DNA from: Flavobacterium sp.
GTDB taxonomy: Bacteria; Bacteroidota; Bacteroidia; Flavobacteriales; Flavobacteriaceae
DNA: 64,000 nt
Assembly: GCF_025352015.1 (NCBI RefSeq)
Contig: NZ_JANXUG010000101.1
Coordinates: forward strand, 13,800 to 77,799
Direction of reading: 5' to 3'
The notes below the pieces were generated by a model. The model saw only the letters and a program-made list of their open reading frames with translations, was not told where the DNA came from and did not search any database. The stretch's first letter is position 1, and every line of letters starts with the position of its first letter. Of the stretch, positions 21,151 to 31,902 are shown piece after piece. The position numbers and the translations under genes are program-made.

Positions 21151-22494
21151 ATGAAGAACTTTTTTGAATCATTTAGTAATATTTGGAAAATAGAGGAGCT
21201 AAAAAATAGAATTTTGGTTACCCTTGGACTGTTATTAGTTTACAGATTTGGTGCGCATGTTACGCTACCCGGTATTGACGCCACACAGTTGCACAGCTTG
21301 GCTGGCCAAACAAATAAAGGTATTGGTTCAATACTAGATATGTTTACTGGTGGTGCTTTTTCGAAAGCGTCTGTCTTTGCTTTGGGAATTATGCCATATA
21401 TATCTGCTTCAATTGTTGTTCAGTTAATGGGTATTGCAATACCTTATCTACAAAAATTACAAAAAGATGGTGAGAGTGGAAGAAAGAAATTAAATCAAAT
21501 TACGAGATGGTTAACCATTGCGATCACGCTAGTACAAGGTCCAGGTTACATTTATAATTTATACAGAACTCTGCCCAATAGCGCTTTTCTTTTAGGATTT
21601 GATTCTTTCTCGTTTTTGTTTTCTTCTGTTTTAATTTTAACAACAGGTACTATTTTTGCCATGTGGTTAGGTGAAAAAATTACAGATAAAGGTATTGGTA
21701 ATGGTATTTCGTTATTAATTATGGTCGGAATTCTAGCAAGATTACCACAAGCTTTATTTCAAGAATTTACTTCCAAAGTTACCAATAATAATGGTGGACC
21801 AATGTTGCTAGTAATTGAAATTATTGTGTGGTTATTAGTAATTATAGCTTGTGTATTATTAGTTATGGCTGTTAGAAAGATTCCTGTACAATATGCACGT
21901 CGTACTACAACAGGTGATTTCGAACAAGACATGATGGGAGGAAACAGACAATGGATTCCATTGAAACTTAATTCTGCAGGGGTAATGCCTATCATTTTTG
22001 CTCAAGCAATTATGTTTATTCCAGCCGCAGTTGCAGGACTTTCTAAATCCGAAACTTCTCAATCTATTGCAGGAACTTTTAGTAACATGTTTGGGTTTTG
22101 GTATTGTTTAGTGTTTGCATCTTTAATAGTTATTTTCACATTCTTTTACACAGCAATTACAGTTCCAACAAATAAAATGGCTGATGATTTAAAAAGAAGC
22201 GGTGGATTCATACCAGGTGTAAAACCAGGAATTGACACAGCAGATTTTTTAGATAGAATCATGTCTTTAATAACATTCCCTGGTTCATTATTTCTTGCTT
22301 TGATAGCTGTGTTCCCAGCAATTATTGTAGGTCTTGGTGTGCAACAATCTTGGGCAATGTTTTATGGAGGTACCTCATTAATCATCATGGTTGGTGTGGC
22401 CATCGATACTATTCAGCAAATAAATTCTTATTTATTGAATAAACACTATGATGGATTGATGAAAAGTGGTAAAAATAGAAAAGCGGTAGCTTAA
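21151..22494 (+). CDS. secY: Preprotein translocase subunit SecY
   Basis: [28 protein letters not shown] and GGTSLII. Confidence 0.99.
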   Translation: MKNFFESFSNIWKIEELKNRILVTLGLLLVYRFGAHVTLPGIDATQLHSLAGQTNKGIGSILDMFTGGAFSKASVFALGIMPYISASIVVQLMGIAIPYLQKLQKDGESGRKKLNQITRWLTIAITLVQGPGYIYNLYRTLPNSAFLLGFDSFSFLFSSVLILTTGTIFAMWLGEKITDKGIGNGISLLIMVGILARLPQALFQEFTSKVTNNNGGPMLLVIEIIVWLLVIIACVLLVMAVRKIPVQYARRTTTGDFEQDMMGGNRQWIPLKLNSAGVMPIIFAQAIMFIPAAVAGLSKSETSQSIAGTFSNMFGFWYCLVFASLIVIFTFFYTAITVPTNKMADDLKRSGGFIPGVKPGIDTADFLDRIMSLITFPGSLFLALIAVFPAIIVGLGVQQSWAMFYGGTSLIIMVGVAIDTIQQINSYLLNKHYDGLMKSGKNRKAVA

Positions 22495-22499
22495 TTTTT

Positions 22500-22715
22500 A
22501 TGGCAAAACAATCAGCAATAGAACAAGACGGATCAATTATCGAAGCATTATCAAATGCAATGTTTCGTGTAGAATTAGAAAACGGACATATTGTAATTGC
22601 TCATATTTCTGGTAAAATGCGAATGCATTATATCAAATTGTTACCTGGTGACAAAGTAAAACTAGAAATGAGTCCTTATGATTTGTCAAAAGCAAGAATT
22701 ACTTATAGATATTAA
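22500..22715 (+). CDS. infA: Translation initiation factor IF-1
   Basis: FRVELENGH...HISGKMR...GDKV. Confidence 0.99.
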   Translation: MAKQSAIEQDGSIIEALSNAMFRVELENGHIVIAHISGKMRMHYIKLLPGDKVKLEMSPYDLSKARITYRY

Positions 22716-22786
22716 AAAGCAGTAAGCAGAAAGCAATAAGCATTTAAACTTATAGCCAAAAGACAAAAGTCAAAATAAAATTTACA

Positions 22787-22903
22787 ATGAAAGTAAGAAC
22801 ATCAGTTAAAAAGAGAAGTGCCGAGTGCAAGATTGTACGAAGAAACGGCGTATTATATGTAATCAATAAAAAAAATCCTAGATTTAAACAAAGACAAGGA
22901 TAA
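22787..22903 (+). CDS. rpmJ: 50S ribosomal protein bL36 (38 aa, zinc-independent type); missed by the ORF track
   Basis: Manual translation [38 protein letters not shown], located between infA and rpsM. Confidence 0.97.
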   Translation: MKVRTSVKKRSAECKIVRRNGVLYVINKKNPRFKQRQG

Positions 22904-22905
22904 TT

Positions 22906-23280
22906 ATGGCAAGAATAGCAGGGGTAGACATCCCAAAAAACAAGAGAGGAGTTATCGCTTTAACCTATATTTTCGGAGTAGGAAAAAGTAGAGCTATTGA
23001 GGTTTTAGAAAAAGCTCAAGTTAGCCAAGATACAAAAGTTCAAGATTGGAACGATGACGAAATCGGAGCAATTCGTGATGCCGTATCGTATTACAAAATT
23101 GAAGGTGAACTTCGGTCAGAAGTTTCATTGCACATCAAACGTTTAATGGATATTGGATGTTATAGAGGTATCCGTCATAGATCTGGTCTTCCTTTAAGAG
23201 GACAAAGAACTAAAAACAACTCTAGAACAAGAAAAGGTAAAAGAAAAACTGTTGCTAACAAGAAAAAGGCAACTAAATAA
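22906..23280 (+). CDS. rpsM: 30S ribosomal protein uS13
   Basis: [10 protein letters not shown] and [12 protein letters not shown]. Confidence 0.99.
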   Translation: MARIAGVDIPKNKRGVIALTYIFGVGKSRAIEVLEKAQVSQDTKVQDWNDDEIGAIRDAVSYYKIEGELRSEVSLHIKRLMDIGCYRGIRHRSGLPLRGQRTKNNSRTRKGKRKTVANKKKATK

Positions 23281-23289
23281 TTAAGTAAT

Positions 23290-23673
23290 ATGGCTAAAGC
23301 GACTATAAAAAAACGTAAAGTTATCGTTGAATCAACAGGCGAAGCGCATATTAATGCAACTTTTAACAACATCATCATTTCGTTAACCAATAAAAAAGGT
23401 GAAGTTATTTCGTGGTCATCAGCAGGTAAAATGGGCTTCAGAGGTTCTAAAAAGAACACTCCGTACGCAGCTCAAATGGCAGCAGAAGATTGTGGTAAAG
23501 TAGCATTAGAAGCTGGACTTAAAAAAGTAAAAGTGTATGTTAAAGGACCAGGTAACGGGCGTGAGTCTGCTATCAGGTCGATACACAATTCAGGAATTGA
23601 AGTAACAGAAATCATTGACGTTACTCCAATGCCACACAACGGATGTCGTCCTCCTAAAAGACGTAGAGTATAA
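23290..23673 (+). CDS. rpsK: 30S ribosomal protein uS11
   Basis: [15 protein letters not shown] and [13 protein letters not shown]. Confidence 0.99.
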   Translation: MAKATIKKRKVIVESTGEAHINATFNNIIISLTNKKGEVISWSSAGKMGFRGSKKNTPYAAQMAAEDCGKVALEAGLKKVKVYVKGPGNGRESAIRSIHNSGIEVTEIIDVTPMPHNGCRPPKRRRV

Positions 23674-23686
23674 TTATAGTATAACC

Positions 23687-23740
23687 AAGATAGAATTAAG
23701 ATTATCGAAGGATTCGACCTGAATTCATAATCTCTATCTT
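23687..23740 (+). promoter_or_regulatory. Structured leader hairpin upstream of rpsD; candidate S4-responsive ribosomal leader (S4-Flavobacteria-like)
   Basis: Stems aagataga/tctatctt and gattat/ataatc with an inner gg/cc hairpin, ending 13 nt before the rpsD ATG. Confidence 0.6.
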
Positions 23741-23753
23741 AAAAAAATTTAAA

Positions 23754-24359
23754 ATGGCAAGATATACTGGTCCAAGTACAAGAATCGCCCGTAAATTCGG
23801 AGAAGCGATATTCGGAGAAGACAAAGCCTTCGAAAAAAGAAATTATCCTCCTGGACAACACGGGATGGCTAAAAAAAGAGGTAAGAAATCTGAGTACGCT
23901 GTCCAATTGATGGAAAAGCAAAAAGCTAAATATTCTTATGGAATTTTAGAAAAACAATTCAGGAATTTATTCGAAAAAGCAGCAGCTTCTAAAGGTGTAA
24001 CTGGTGAAATCCTTTTACAATTATGCGAAGCTAGATTAGATAACGTAGTTTTCAGAATGGGAATTGCTCCTTCAAGAAGAGCAGCACGCCAAATCGTTTC
24101 TCACCGTCACGTTACTGTTAACGGAGAATTGGTTAACATTCCATCTTACCACTTGAAACCAGGTGATAAAGTAGCCGTTCGCGAAAAATCTAAATCTGTT
24201 GAAGCAATAGGTAGTTCATTAGCTAATTCATCTCATGTATATGAATGGATTACTTGGAATAATGACACTATGGAAGGAACTTTTGTTTCTGTTCCGCAAA
24301 GACTTCAAATCCCGGAAAATATTAAAGAGCAGTTAATCGTCGAATTGTACAACAAATAA
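23754..24359 (+). CDS. rpsD: 30S ribosomal protein uS4
   Basis: [21 protein letters not shown] and IVELYNK. Confidence 0.99.
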   Translation: MARYTGPSTRIARKFGEAIFGEDKAFEKRNYPPGQHGMAKKRGKKSEYAVQLMEKQKAKYSYGILEKQFRNLFEKAAASKGVTGEILLQLCEARLDNVVFRMGIAPSRRAARQIVSHRHVTVNGELVNIPSYHLKPGDKVAVREKSKSVEAIGSSLANSSHVYEWITWNNDTMEGTFVSVPQRLQIPENIKEQLIVELYNK

Positions 24360-24380
24360 TAATTGACATTAGTCTAAATT

Positions 24381-25373
24381 ATGGCAATATTTAATTTTCA
24401 GAAACCCGATAAAGTTATCATGATCGATTCAACCGATTTTGAAGGCAAGTTTGAATTCAGACCTTTAGAACCAGGATACGGATTGACAGTTGGTAATGCA
24501 CTTAGAAGAGTTTTACTTTCAGCGTTAGAAGGTTATGCAATCACCTCTATCAGAATTGATGGTGTTGAGCATGAGTTTTCAACAATTTCAGGAGTTGTAG
24601 AAGATGTTACAGAAATTATTCTAAATCTAAAACAAGTACGTTTCAAACGTCAGATTGAAGATGTAGATAATGAAACAGTTTCTATTTCAATTTCAGGAAA
24701 AGATCAAATTACAGCTGGCGATTTTCAAAAATTCATATCTGGTTTCCAGGTGTTGAATCCAGAATTGGTTATTTGTAACCTTGATAGCAAAGTAAATCTT
24801 AATATGGAATTAACTATCGAGAAAGGTCGTGGTTATGTTCCTGCAGAAGAGAACAAAAAACAAAACTCCGCCATCGGAACAATATTTACGGATTCTATTT
24901 TTACTCCTGTAAAAAATGTGAAGTATGCTATTGAAAACTTCCGTGTGGAGCAAAAAACAGATTATGAAAAATTAGTTTTCGAAATCAAAACTGATGGTTC
25001 AATCAATCCAAAAGATGCTTTAACCGAAGCCGCAAAAGTTTTAATTCACCACTTTATGTTATTCTCTGATGAGAGAATTACCCTTGAAGCTGATGAAATT
25101 GCTCAAACTGAATCTTATGATGAGGAATCATTACATATGAGACAATTGCTTAAAACAAAATTAGTTGATATGGATTTATCCGTAAGAGCCTTGAATTGTT
25201 TGAAAGCAGCAGAAGTTGATACGCTTGGAGATCTTGTATCTTTCAACAAAAATGACCTTATGAAGTTCCGTAACTTCGGTAAAAAATCACTAACAGAGTT
25301 AGACGAATTGGTTGCCAACAAGAATTTAACGTTCGGAATGGATTTAGGTAAATATAAATTAGATAAAGAATAA
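24381..25373 (+). CDS. rpoA: RNA polymerase alpha subunit
   Basis: [29 protein letters not shown] and FRNFGKKSL. Confidence 0.99.
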   Translation: MAIFNFQKPDKVIMIDSTDFEGKFEFRPLEPGYGLTVGNALRRVLLSALEGYAITSIRIDGVEHEFSTISGVVEDVTEIILNLKQVRFKRQIEDVDNETVSISISGKDQITAGDFQKFISGFQVLNPELVICNLDSKVNLNMELTIEKGRGYVPAEENKKQNSAIGTIFTDSIFTPVKNVKYAIENFRVEQKTDYEKLVFEIKTDGSINPKDALTEAAKVLIHHFMLFSDERITLEADEIAQTESYDEESLHMRQLLKTKLVDMDLSVRALNCLKAAEVDTLGDLVSFNKNDLMKFRNFGKKSLTELDELVANKNLTFGMDLGKYKLDKE

Positions 25374-25406
25374 TCTAAACCCGTAAGGTTTAAATTTAGA
25401 ATAGCA

Positions 25407-26048
25407 ATGAGACACGGAAAAAAAGTAAATCACTTAAGCAGACAAACAGGACATAGAAAATCTATGTTGGCTAATATGGCATGTTCTCTTATAGAGCACA
25501 AACGTATTAATACTACTGTTGCTAAAGCCAAAGCACTCAAACAATTCGTTGAGCCGCTTATTACAAAATCAAAAGACGACACAACTCACAATCGTCGTAT
25601 CTGTTTTGCTTACTTACGTAGCAAATATGCAGTAACCGATTTGTTCAGAGATGTAGCTGCAAAAGTTGGCGATCGTCCAGGAGGCTATACTCGTATTATT
25701 AAAATGGGGAACCGTTTGGGAGATAATGCTGATATGGCAATGATTGAATTAGTTGACTTCAACGAACTATATAACGGAGGTAAAAAAGAAGAGAAAAAAG
25801 GAAGAACGCGTCGTGCTAAAAAAACGACCACACCTGTTGCTACTCTAGCCCCAGTTGTACAAGAAGTTGCTCCAATCGTAGAAGAATCTGCACCAGTAGT
25901 AGAGGAAATAGTGGAAACTCCTGTTGATGAAGTGCAAACTCCAGAAGTTGTTGAAGAAACTCCAGTTGCAGAAGCAGAAACTCCAGCAGCTGAAGAAACT
26001 CCTGAAGCACCAGCTTCTGATGAAGAATCAAAAGAAGAAAAGGCATAA
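25407..26048 (+). CDS. rplQ: 50S ribosomal protein bL17 with a 74-aa acidic Pro/Glu/Val/Ala-rich C-terminal tail
   Basis: MRHGKK, TTVAKAK and RPGGYTRI core, followed by a low-complexity tail. Confidence 0.98.
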   Translation: MRHGKKVNHLSRQTGHRKSMLANMACSLIEHKRINTTVAKAKALKQFVEPLITKSKDDTTHNRRICFAYLRSKYAVTDLFRDVAAKVGDRPGGYTRIIKMGNRLGDNADMAMIELVDFNELYNGGKKEEKKGRTRRAKKTTTPVATLAPVVQEVAPIVEESAPVVEEIVETPVDEVQTPEVVEETPVAEAETPAAEETPEAPASDEESKEEKA

Positions 26049-26069
26049 TGATTGTTAACTCATAAATAT

Positions 26070-26105
26070 AAAAAGGATAAACAGTTTTGTTTATCCTTTT
26101 TTTTT
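26070..26105 (+). terminator. Intrinsic terminator of the ribosomal superoperon
   Basis: Stem aaaaggataaaca/tgtttatcctttt, 4-nt loop, followed by further Ts. Confidence 0.85.
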
Positions 26106-26126
26106 AATCTGAACTCGTTTCAGATT
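26106..26126. repeat. REP-like palindrome AATCTGAA-CTCGT-TTCAGATT
   Basis: Perfect 8-bp inverted repeat. The core resembles the CTGAACTTGTTTCAG REP-like family of Bacteroidota (from memory). Confidence 0.45.
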
Positions 26127-26175
26127 CTATTGAAATTGAGAGCGAATCGTCGGGGCTCTATTAAAAATCCATATT

Positions 26176-26279
26176 CCCGCTTTCCGTTCCAATCTTTTTA
26201 TTGTTTTTGTCACATCTAACGAAGTCGAGACGCTTCTCTTAAAAACAACAAAAAGGATTTCCACTACAATCGGGGCTAA
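26176..26279 (-). ncRNA. Structured intergenic element, Flavo-1-like, copy 2, with a REP-like insert in its loop
   Basis: Minus strand reads AGCCCCG-ATTGTAGTGGAAATC-[ctttttgttgttttt...aaaaacaataaaaag]-ATTGGAACGGAAAGC-GGG. Same flanks as 196-274. Confidence 0.65.
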
Positions 26280-26343
26280 AATGGAACTATCGGAATGTTT
26301 ATAAACTCTAATAATTCTTTTTTTAAAATTGAACGTAAATAAA

Positions 26344-26351
26344 TAAATTTG
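26344..26351 (+). promoter_or_regulatory. Putative -7 box (TAAATTTG) for carA
   Basis: TAnnTTTG match 58 nt before the ATG. Confidence 0.5.
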
Positions 26352-26370
26352 TGATTACAACAACTAAACT

Positions 26371-26393
26371 GTAACCTTGAGCGCAGTCGAAGG
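26371..26393 (+). repeat. REP-like repeat GTAACCTTGAGCGCAGTCGAAGG in the carA 5' region
   Basis: Short CCTT/AAGG hairpin around GAGCGCAGTCG. Shares the AGTCGA core with 26209-26232 (GTCACATCTAACGAAGTCGAGACG). Confidence 0.5.
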
Positions 26394-26409
26394 ACAAACA
26401 CAAGTAACT

Positions 26410-27531
26410 ATGCAACACACTACAAAAACCTCTGCCATTTTACTACTCGCCGACGGAACTATCTTTCGCGGCAAATCAATCGGGATTCAAGGAAAAACCT
26501 TTGGAGAAGTTTGTTTTAACACGGGTATGACTGGGTATCAAGAAATTTTTACCGATCCGTCTTACTTTGGGCAAATCATAGTAGCCACCAATCCACACAT
26601 CGGAAACTACGGTGTAAACGCCAATGAAGTAGAATCTGAAAAAATTATGATTTCAGGATTAGTTTGTAAAAACTTCAGCTTTAACCATTCGCGCCCCGAT
26701 TCTCAAAGCAATCTGTTTGACTATTTCGAAAAGCAAAACCTCATTTGCATTTCAGATGTCGATACAAGAGCTTTGGTAAGTTACATCCGTGACAACGGTG
26801 CCCAAAATGCAGTAATTTGCACCGACGGAACTTCCGTAGCAGAATTAAAAACTCAATTAAAAAGTGTTCCCGATATGAAAGGCTTGGAATTAGCGTCAAA
26901 AGTATCGACAACTGAACCCTATTTTTTTGGAAAAGAAAACGCCACTTATAAAATTTCAGCTTTAGATTTAGGTATCAAAAGAAACATCTTAAGAAACCTT
27001 GCCAAAAGAGATTGCTATATCAAAGTGTTTCCATACAACACAACATTCGAAGATATGAAATCTTTCAATCCCGATGGCTATTTCTTGTCAAACGGACCGG
27101 GTGACCCGGAACCATTAGAACAAGTAATCAGTACTGCCCAAAAAATGATTGCTTCTGATAAACCTGTTTTCGGAATCTGTTTAGGGCATCAAATTATTGG
27201 TTTGGCAAATGGCGTTTCCACCTATAAAATGTTTAATGGACATCGGGGAATTAATCATCCAGTTATGAATATCCTAACCGGAAAAGGAGAAATCACTTCG
27301 CAAAATCATGGATTTGCCGTTAATAAAGAATTATTAGAAAAGCATAACGATTTGGAAATCACACATTATCACATCAATGATAATACTGTTGCGGGAATGC
27401 GCATGAAATCAAAGAATGTTTTCTCGGTGCAATACCATCCAGAAGCAAGTCCTGGCACGCATGATTCGGAATATTTGTTTGATACTTTTATAGAAAATAT
27501 TAAAAAAAGTCAAAGCTTACAAAATGTGTAA
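26410..27531 (+). CDS. carA: Carbamoyl-phosphate synthase small subunit
   Basis: GEVCFNTGMTGYQE, LSNGPGDP, FGICLGHQ, GHRGINHP and QYHPE. Start moved to ATG at 26410. Confidence 0.97.
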   Translation: MQHTTKTSAILLLADGTIFRGKSIGIQGKTFGEVCFNTGMTGYQEIFTDPSYFGQIIVATNPHIGNYGVNANEVESEKIMISGLVCKNFSFNHSRPDSQSNLFDYFEKQNLICISDVDTRALVSYIRDNGAQNAVICTDGTSVAELKTQLKSVPDMKGLELASKVSTTEPYFFGKENATYKISALDLGIKRNILRNLAKRDCYIKVFPYNTTFEDMKSFNPDGYFLSNGPGDPEPLEQVISTAQKMIASDKPVFGICLGHQIIGLANGVSTYKMFNGHRGINHPVMNILTGKGEITSQNHGFAVNKELLEKHNDLEITHYHINDNTVAGMRMKSKNVFSVQYHPEASPGTHDSEYLFDTFIENIKKSQSLQNV

Positions 27532-27570
27532 GTTTTGACCTTTTTATGTTTAAAACTTCAATAAATAATA

Positions 27571-28635
27571 TTAATCGTTATAAACATATCTGTCGTAAAT
27601 ACTTTCAAACTGACCGTTGTTTTTTAAGAAAGAACTATTGGTAGTTAACCAATTATTATACATTTTGACTTTGTTTAATTGTATCGAATTGAACACGGTA
27701 TAAAACAAATTCTTATTGATATTAAATGTTTTAACCGCATTGTTATAAGCATCAATGTTGAGGTTTGTTTGAGGATGTAAAGGATTTTTTAGTTGTTGCA
27801 GTGCATTATAGGCATCAGCATAACTGTTAAATAAATCGTTAAGTTTATCTTTTTGACCAACTATAAAATTAGAGTACGCCACGTTAGCATCATTAAGAGT
27901 AGTGTCTTTATAATCATTTTTATACAGGTTGGTTTTTATAATGATTTCTTGATGCATTAACGCAATCACATCTAAACAGTCAGAAAAACCTTTTTTATCT
28001 TTAGCGTTTATTACTGCGGTTAGCTTCTCATCAATGACATTCATTTTATAAAACAATATGTTTTGATAGGCATTGTACTCTAAAATATTTTTTCTATTCT
28101 TACCGTTAAGATGTATTCTATTGTTTAAAGCAAAAGTTTTTTTGGTAATCTCGAAATTTTTAAGTTCCTGATAATAAGTAATAAGTTCGTTTTCTTTACG
28201 ATTGAGGTTTTCAGATATTTGGGAAAGTGGTAACGAACTTTGATATTCGTAATCGTTTAAAATCAAACTTCCATTTTGTAAACAATCAATGGTTTTTTGA
28301 TTCATTTTTATAAAACCATCTTTGAGCATGGTGTTACCTTCAAAACCATTTTTGCTATTTCTCATGATAGTATTTATTTTTTCTAATTTTTCTATGATTC
28401 TTACCGCTGTAGTTTTTGTTCTCGAATACATTTGTGATTCAACTATAGTAATGGAATAGTCCATCAACGATTTTTTAACAAATAATTCATTTTTCACAAA
28501 ATCATCCATGTAAGCATCAATAGTTCTATAATTTTGAGATTGCGAAATTGTTGGCATAAGACCAATAATTAAAAAAGAGCAAATCAGTAATAAAGAATTA
28601 AATACGTGGCTGATTGTAATAGTAGAATTTTTCAT
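27571..28635 (-). CDS. Secreted, predicted all-alpha hypothetical protein (possibly LIC11966-like family)
   Basis: N-terminal hydrophobic signal ending ISQS and amphipathic helical periodicity throughout. The family resemblance is only from memory. Confidence 0.6.
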   Translation of the reverse strand: MKNSTITISHVFNSLLLICSFLIIGLMPTISQSQNYRTIDAYMDDFVKNELFVKKSLMDYSITIVESQMYSRTKTTAVRIIEKLEKINTIMRNSKNGFEGNTMLKDGFIKMNQKTIDCLQNGSLILNDYEYQSSLPLSQISENLNRKENELITYYQELKNFEITKKTFALNNRIHLNGKNRKNILEYNAYQNILFYKMNVIDEKLTAVINAKDKKGFSDCLDVIALMHQEIIIKTNLYKNDYKDTTLNDANVAYSNFIVGQKDKLNDLFNSYADAYNALQQLKNPLHPQTNLNIDAYNNAVKTFNINKNLFYTVFNSIQLNKVKMYNNWLTTNSSFLKNNGQFESIYDRYVYND

Positions 28636-28737
28636 GATATATAGTTTGATTATTGATACAAATTTATGCCCAATAGTAAGGCGGCGTGTTGTGAAATAAT
28701 ATTTTAAACTTATATAATTATAAGAGATAACTACTAA

Positions 28738-30123
<1,386 letters not shown>

Positions 30124-30142
30124 TTTTCACTTAATTATAAAT

Positions 30143-30171
30143 AAAAAGCATCTCAATTGAGGTGTTTTTTT
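30143..30171 (+). terminator. Intrinsic terminator after eno
   Basis: Stem aaaaagcatctc/gaggtgttttt, with G-U wobbles that are valid on the plus strand, then a U tract. Confidence 0.75.
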
Positions 30172-30264
30172 ATTTATGCTTAGCCTATTTTTCTTTTGTC
30201 ACGATTTTCCTTTGATTATCATAAAGAATAAAGCCCGACTATTTTTATTTCCAATCGGGAATTG

Positions 30265-30272
30265 TACTTTTG
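30265..30272 (+). promoter_or_regulatory. -7 box (TACTTTTG) 3 nt before the guaA ATG
   Basis: Exact TAnnTTTG match. Confidence 0.55.
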
Positions 30273-30275
30273 CAC

Positions 30276-31805
30276 ATGCAACACAACGTACTTATTTTAG
30301 ATTTCGGTTCGCAATACACACAACTTATTGCGAGAAGAGTTCGGGAGTTAAATATATTCTGCGAAATTTTCCCCTACAATCATTTTCCAACAGATTTATC
30401 GTCTTACAAAGCTGTCATTCTTGGCGGAAGTCCCTATTCTGTTCGTTCACAAGACGCTTTGCAAATCGATTTGTCGAATATTCGGGGCAAATTGCCGCTG
30501 CTTGCCGTATGTTATGGGGCTCAATATTTGGCACATTTTTCGGGCGGAGAAGTAGCAGCGTCCAATATTAGGGAATATGGAAGAGCCAATTTATCTTATA
30601 TCAAAGACGGTGAAACTTTGTTTGAAAACGTAAACAGCCAATCACAGGTTTGGATGAGTCATAGCGACACCATCAAACATTTGCCGACCAACGGCGTTAA
30701 ATTAGCCAGTACCAAAGATGTAGAAAATGTTGCTTATCGAATTGAAGGCGAAGCAACTTATGCCATTCAGTTTCACCCCGAGGTCTATCATTCAACGGAT
30801 GGAAAGCAAATCTTGGAAAATTTTCTTGTAAAAATTGCGCATGTTCCTCAAAACTTTACACCGAATGCTTTTGTCGAAGAATGCGTGAAAGAAATGCAGG
30901 AAAAAATAAAAAATGATAAAGTAGTATTAGGACTTTCAGGTGGCGTAGATTCTACTGTGGCAGCAGTTTTATTGCATAAAGCCATTGGCAAAAACCTGTA
31001 TTGTATTTTTGTCAACAACGGTTTGCTTCGAAAAAATGAATTCGAAAATGTATTGCATCAATACAAAAACATGGGACTGAATGTAAAAGGTGTTGATGCT
31101 TCATCAAAATTTATGAGTGCATTAGAAGGCCTCGAAGATCCAGAAGCCAAAAGAAAAGTCATAGGCAATGCTTTTATTGAAGTTTTTGATGAAGAAGCAC
31201 ATTTAATTAAAGATGTAACTTGGTTGGCTCAAGGAACAATTTACCCCGATGTTATTGAATCAATTTCTGTGAAAGGACCCTCGGCAACCATCAAGTCACA
31301 TCACAATGTTGGCGGTTTGCCCGATTATATGAAACTTAAAATAGCGGAACCTTTGCGGATGTTGTTCAAAGATGAAGTGCGTAGAGTAGGGAAAACATTG
31401 GGCATCGACCCAGAACTTTTGGGCAGGCATCCATTTCCTGGTCCGGGATTGTCGATAAGAATTTTAGGAGCCATCACACCAGAAAAAATTAGAATCCTGC
31501 AGGAAGTGGATGCTATTTTTATTGAGGGTTTAAAAGAACACGGTTTGTATGATAAAGTATGGCAAGCAGGCGCGATTTTGCTTCCTGTAAATAGCGTGGG
31601 AGTAATGGGTGATGAGCGAACGTATGAAAAGGTAATTGCCTTAAGAGCTGTAGAATCTACAGACGGAATGACTGCAGATTGGGTGCATTTGCCCTATGAA
31701 TTTTTGATGAAAATATCCAATGAAATTATCAATAAAGTGAAAGGTGTCAATAGAGTAGTGTATGACATTAGCTCAAAACCGCCAGCCACTATAGAATGGG
31801 AATAA
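30276..31805 (+). CDS. guaA: GMP synthase (glutamine-hydrolysing)
   Basis: [32 protein letters not shown] and KPPATIEWE. Confidence 0.98.
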   Translation: MQHNVLILDFGSQYTQLIARRVRELNIFCEIFPYNHFPTDLSSYKAVILGGSPYSVRSQDALQIDLSNIRGKLPLLAVCYGAQYLAHFSGGEVAASNIREYGRANLSYIKDGETLFENVNSQSQVWMSHSDTIKHLPTNGVKLASTKDVENVAYRIEGEATYAIQFHPEVYHSTDGKQILENFLVKIAHVPQNFTPNAFVEECVKEMQEKIKNDKVVLGLSGGVDSTVAAVLLHKAIGKNLYCIFVNNGLLRKNEFENVLHQYKNMGLNVKGVDASSKFMSALEGLEDPEAKRKVIGNAFIEVFDEEAHLIKDVTWLAQGTIYPDVIESISVKGPSATIKSHHNVGGLPDYMKLKIAEPLRMLFKDEVRRVGKTLGIDPELLGRHPFPGPGLSIRILGAITPEKIRILQEVDAIFIEGLKEHGLYDKVWQAGAILLPVNSVGVMGDERTYEKVIALRAVESTDGMTADWVHLPYEFLMKISNEIINKVKGVNRVVYDISSKPPATIEWE

Positions 31806-31902
31806 TATTTGTTAACACAAAAAAGTTAATGAAAATATTAGCTTTAAGAATTGATATTGAAAAGTTTTGTTAACTTTAGACATTGAATTAATTGATAAAT
31901 AC

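Noticed and set aside
21151-22715. No adk or map between secY and infA, and no tuf after fusA
   Set aside because: This is the normal gene order for Flavobacteria, not a loss specific to this genome.
8744-26048. Many short antisense or alternate-frame ORFs over ribosomal genes (e.g. 9709-9948, 13185-13448, 17429-17752, 23175-23459)
   Set aside because: These are shadow ORFs of highly conserved genes with biased codons, with no start context or motifs.
30176-30571. 131-aa ORF overlapping the start of guaA
   Set aside because: It is an alternate frame across the eno terminator and the guaA 5' end, with no recognisable features.
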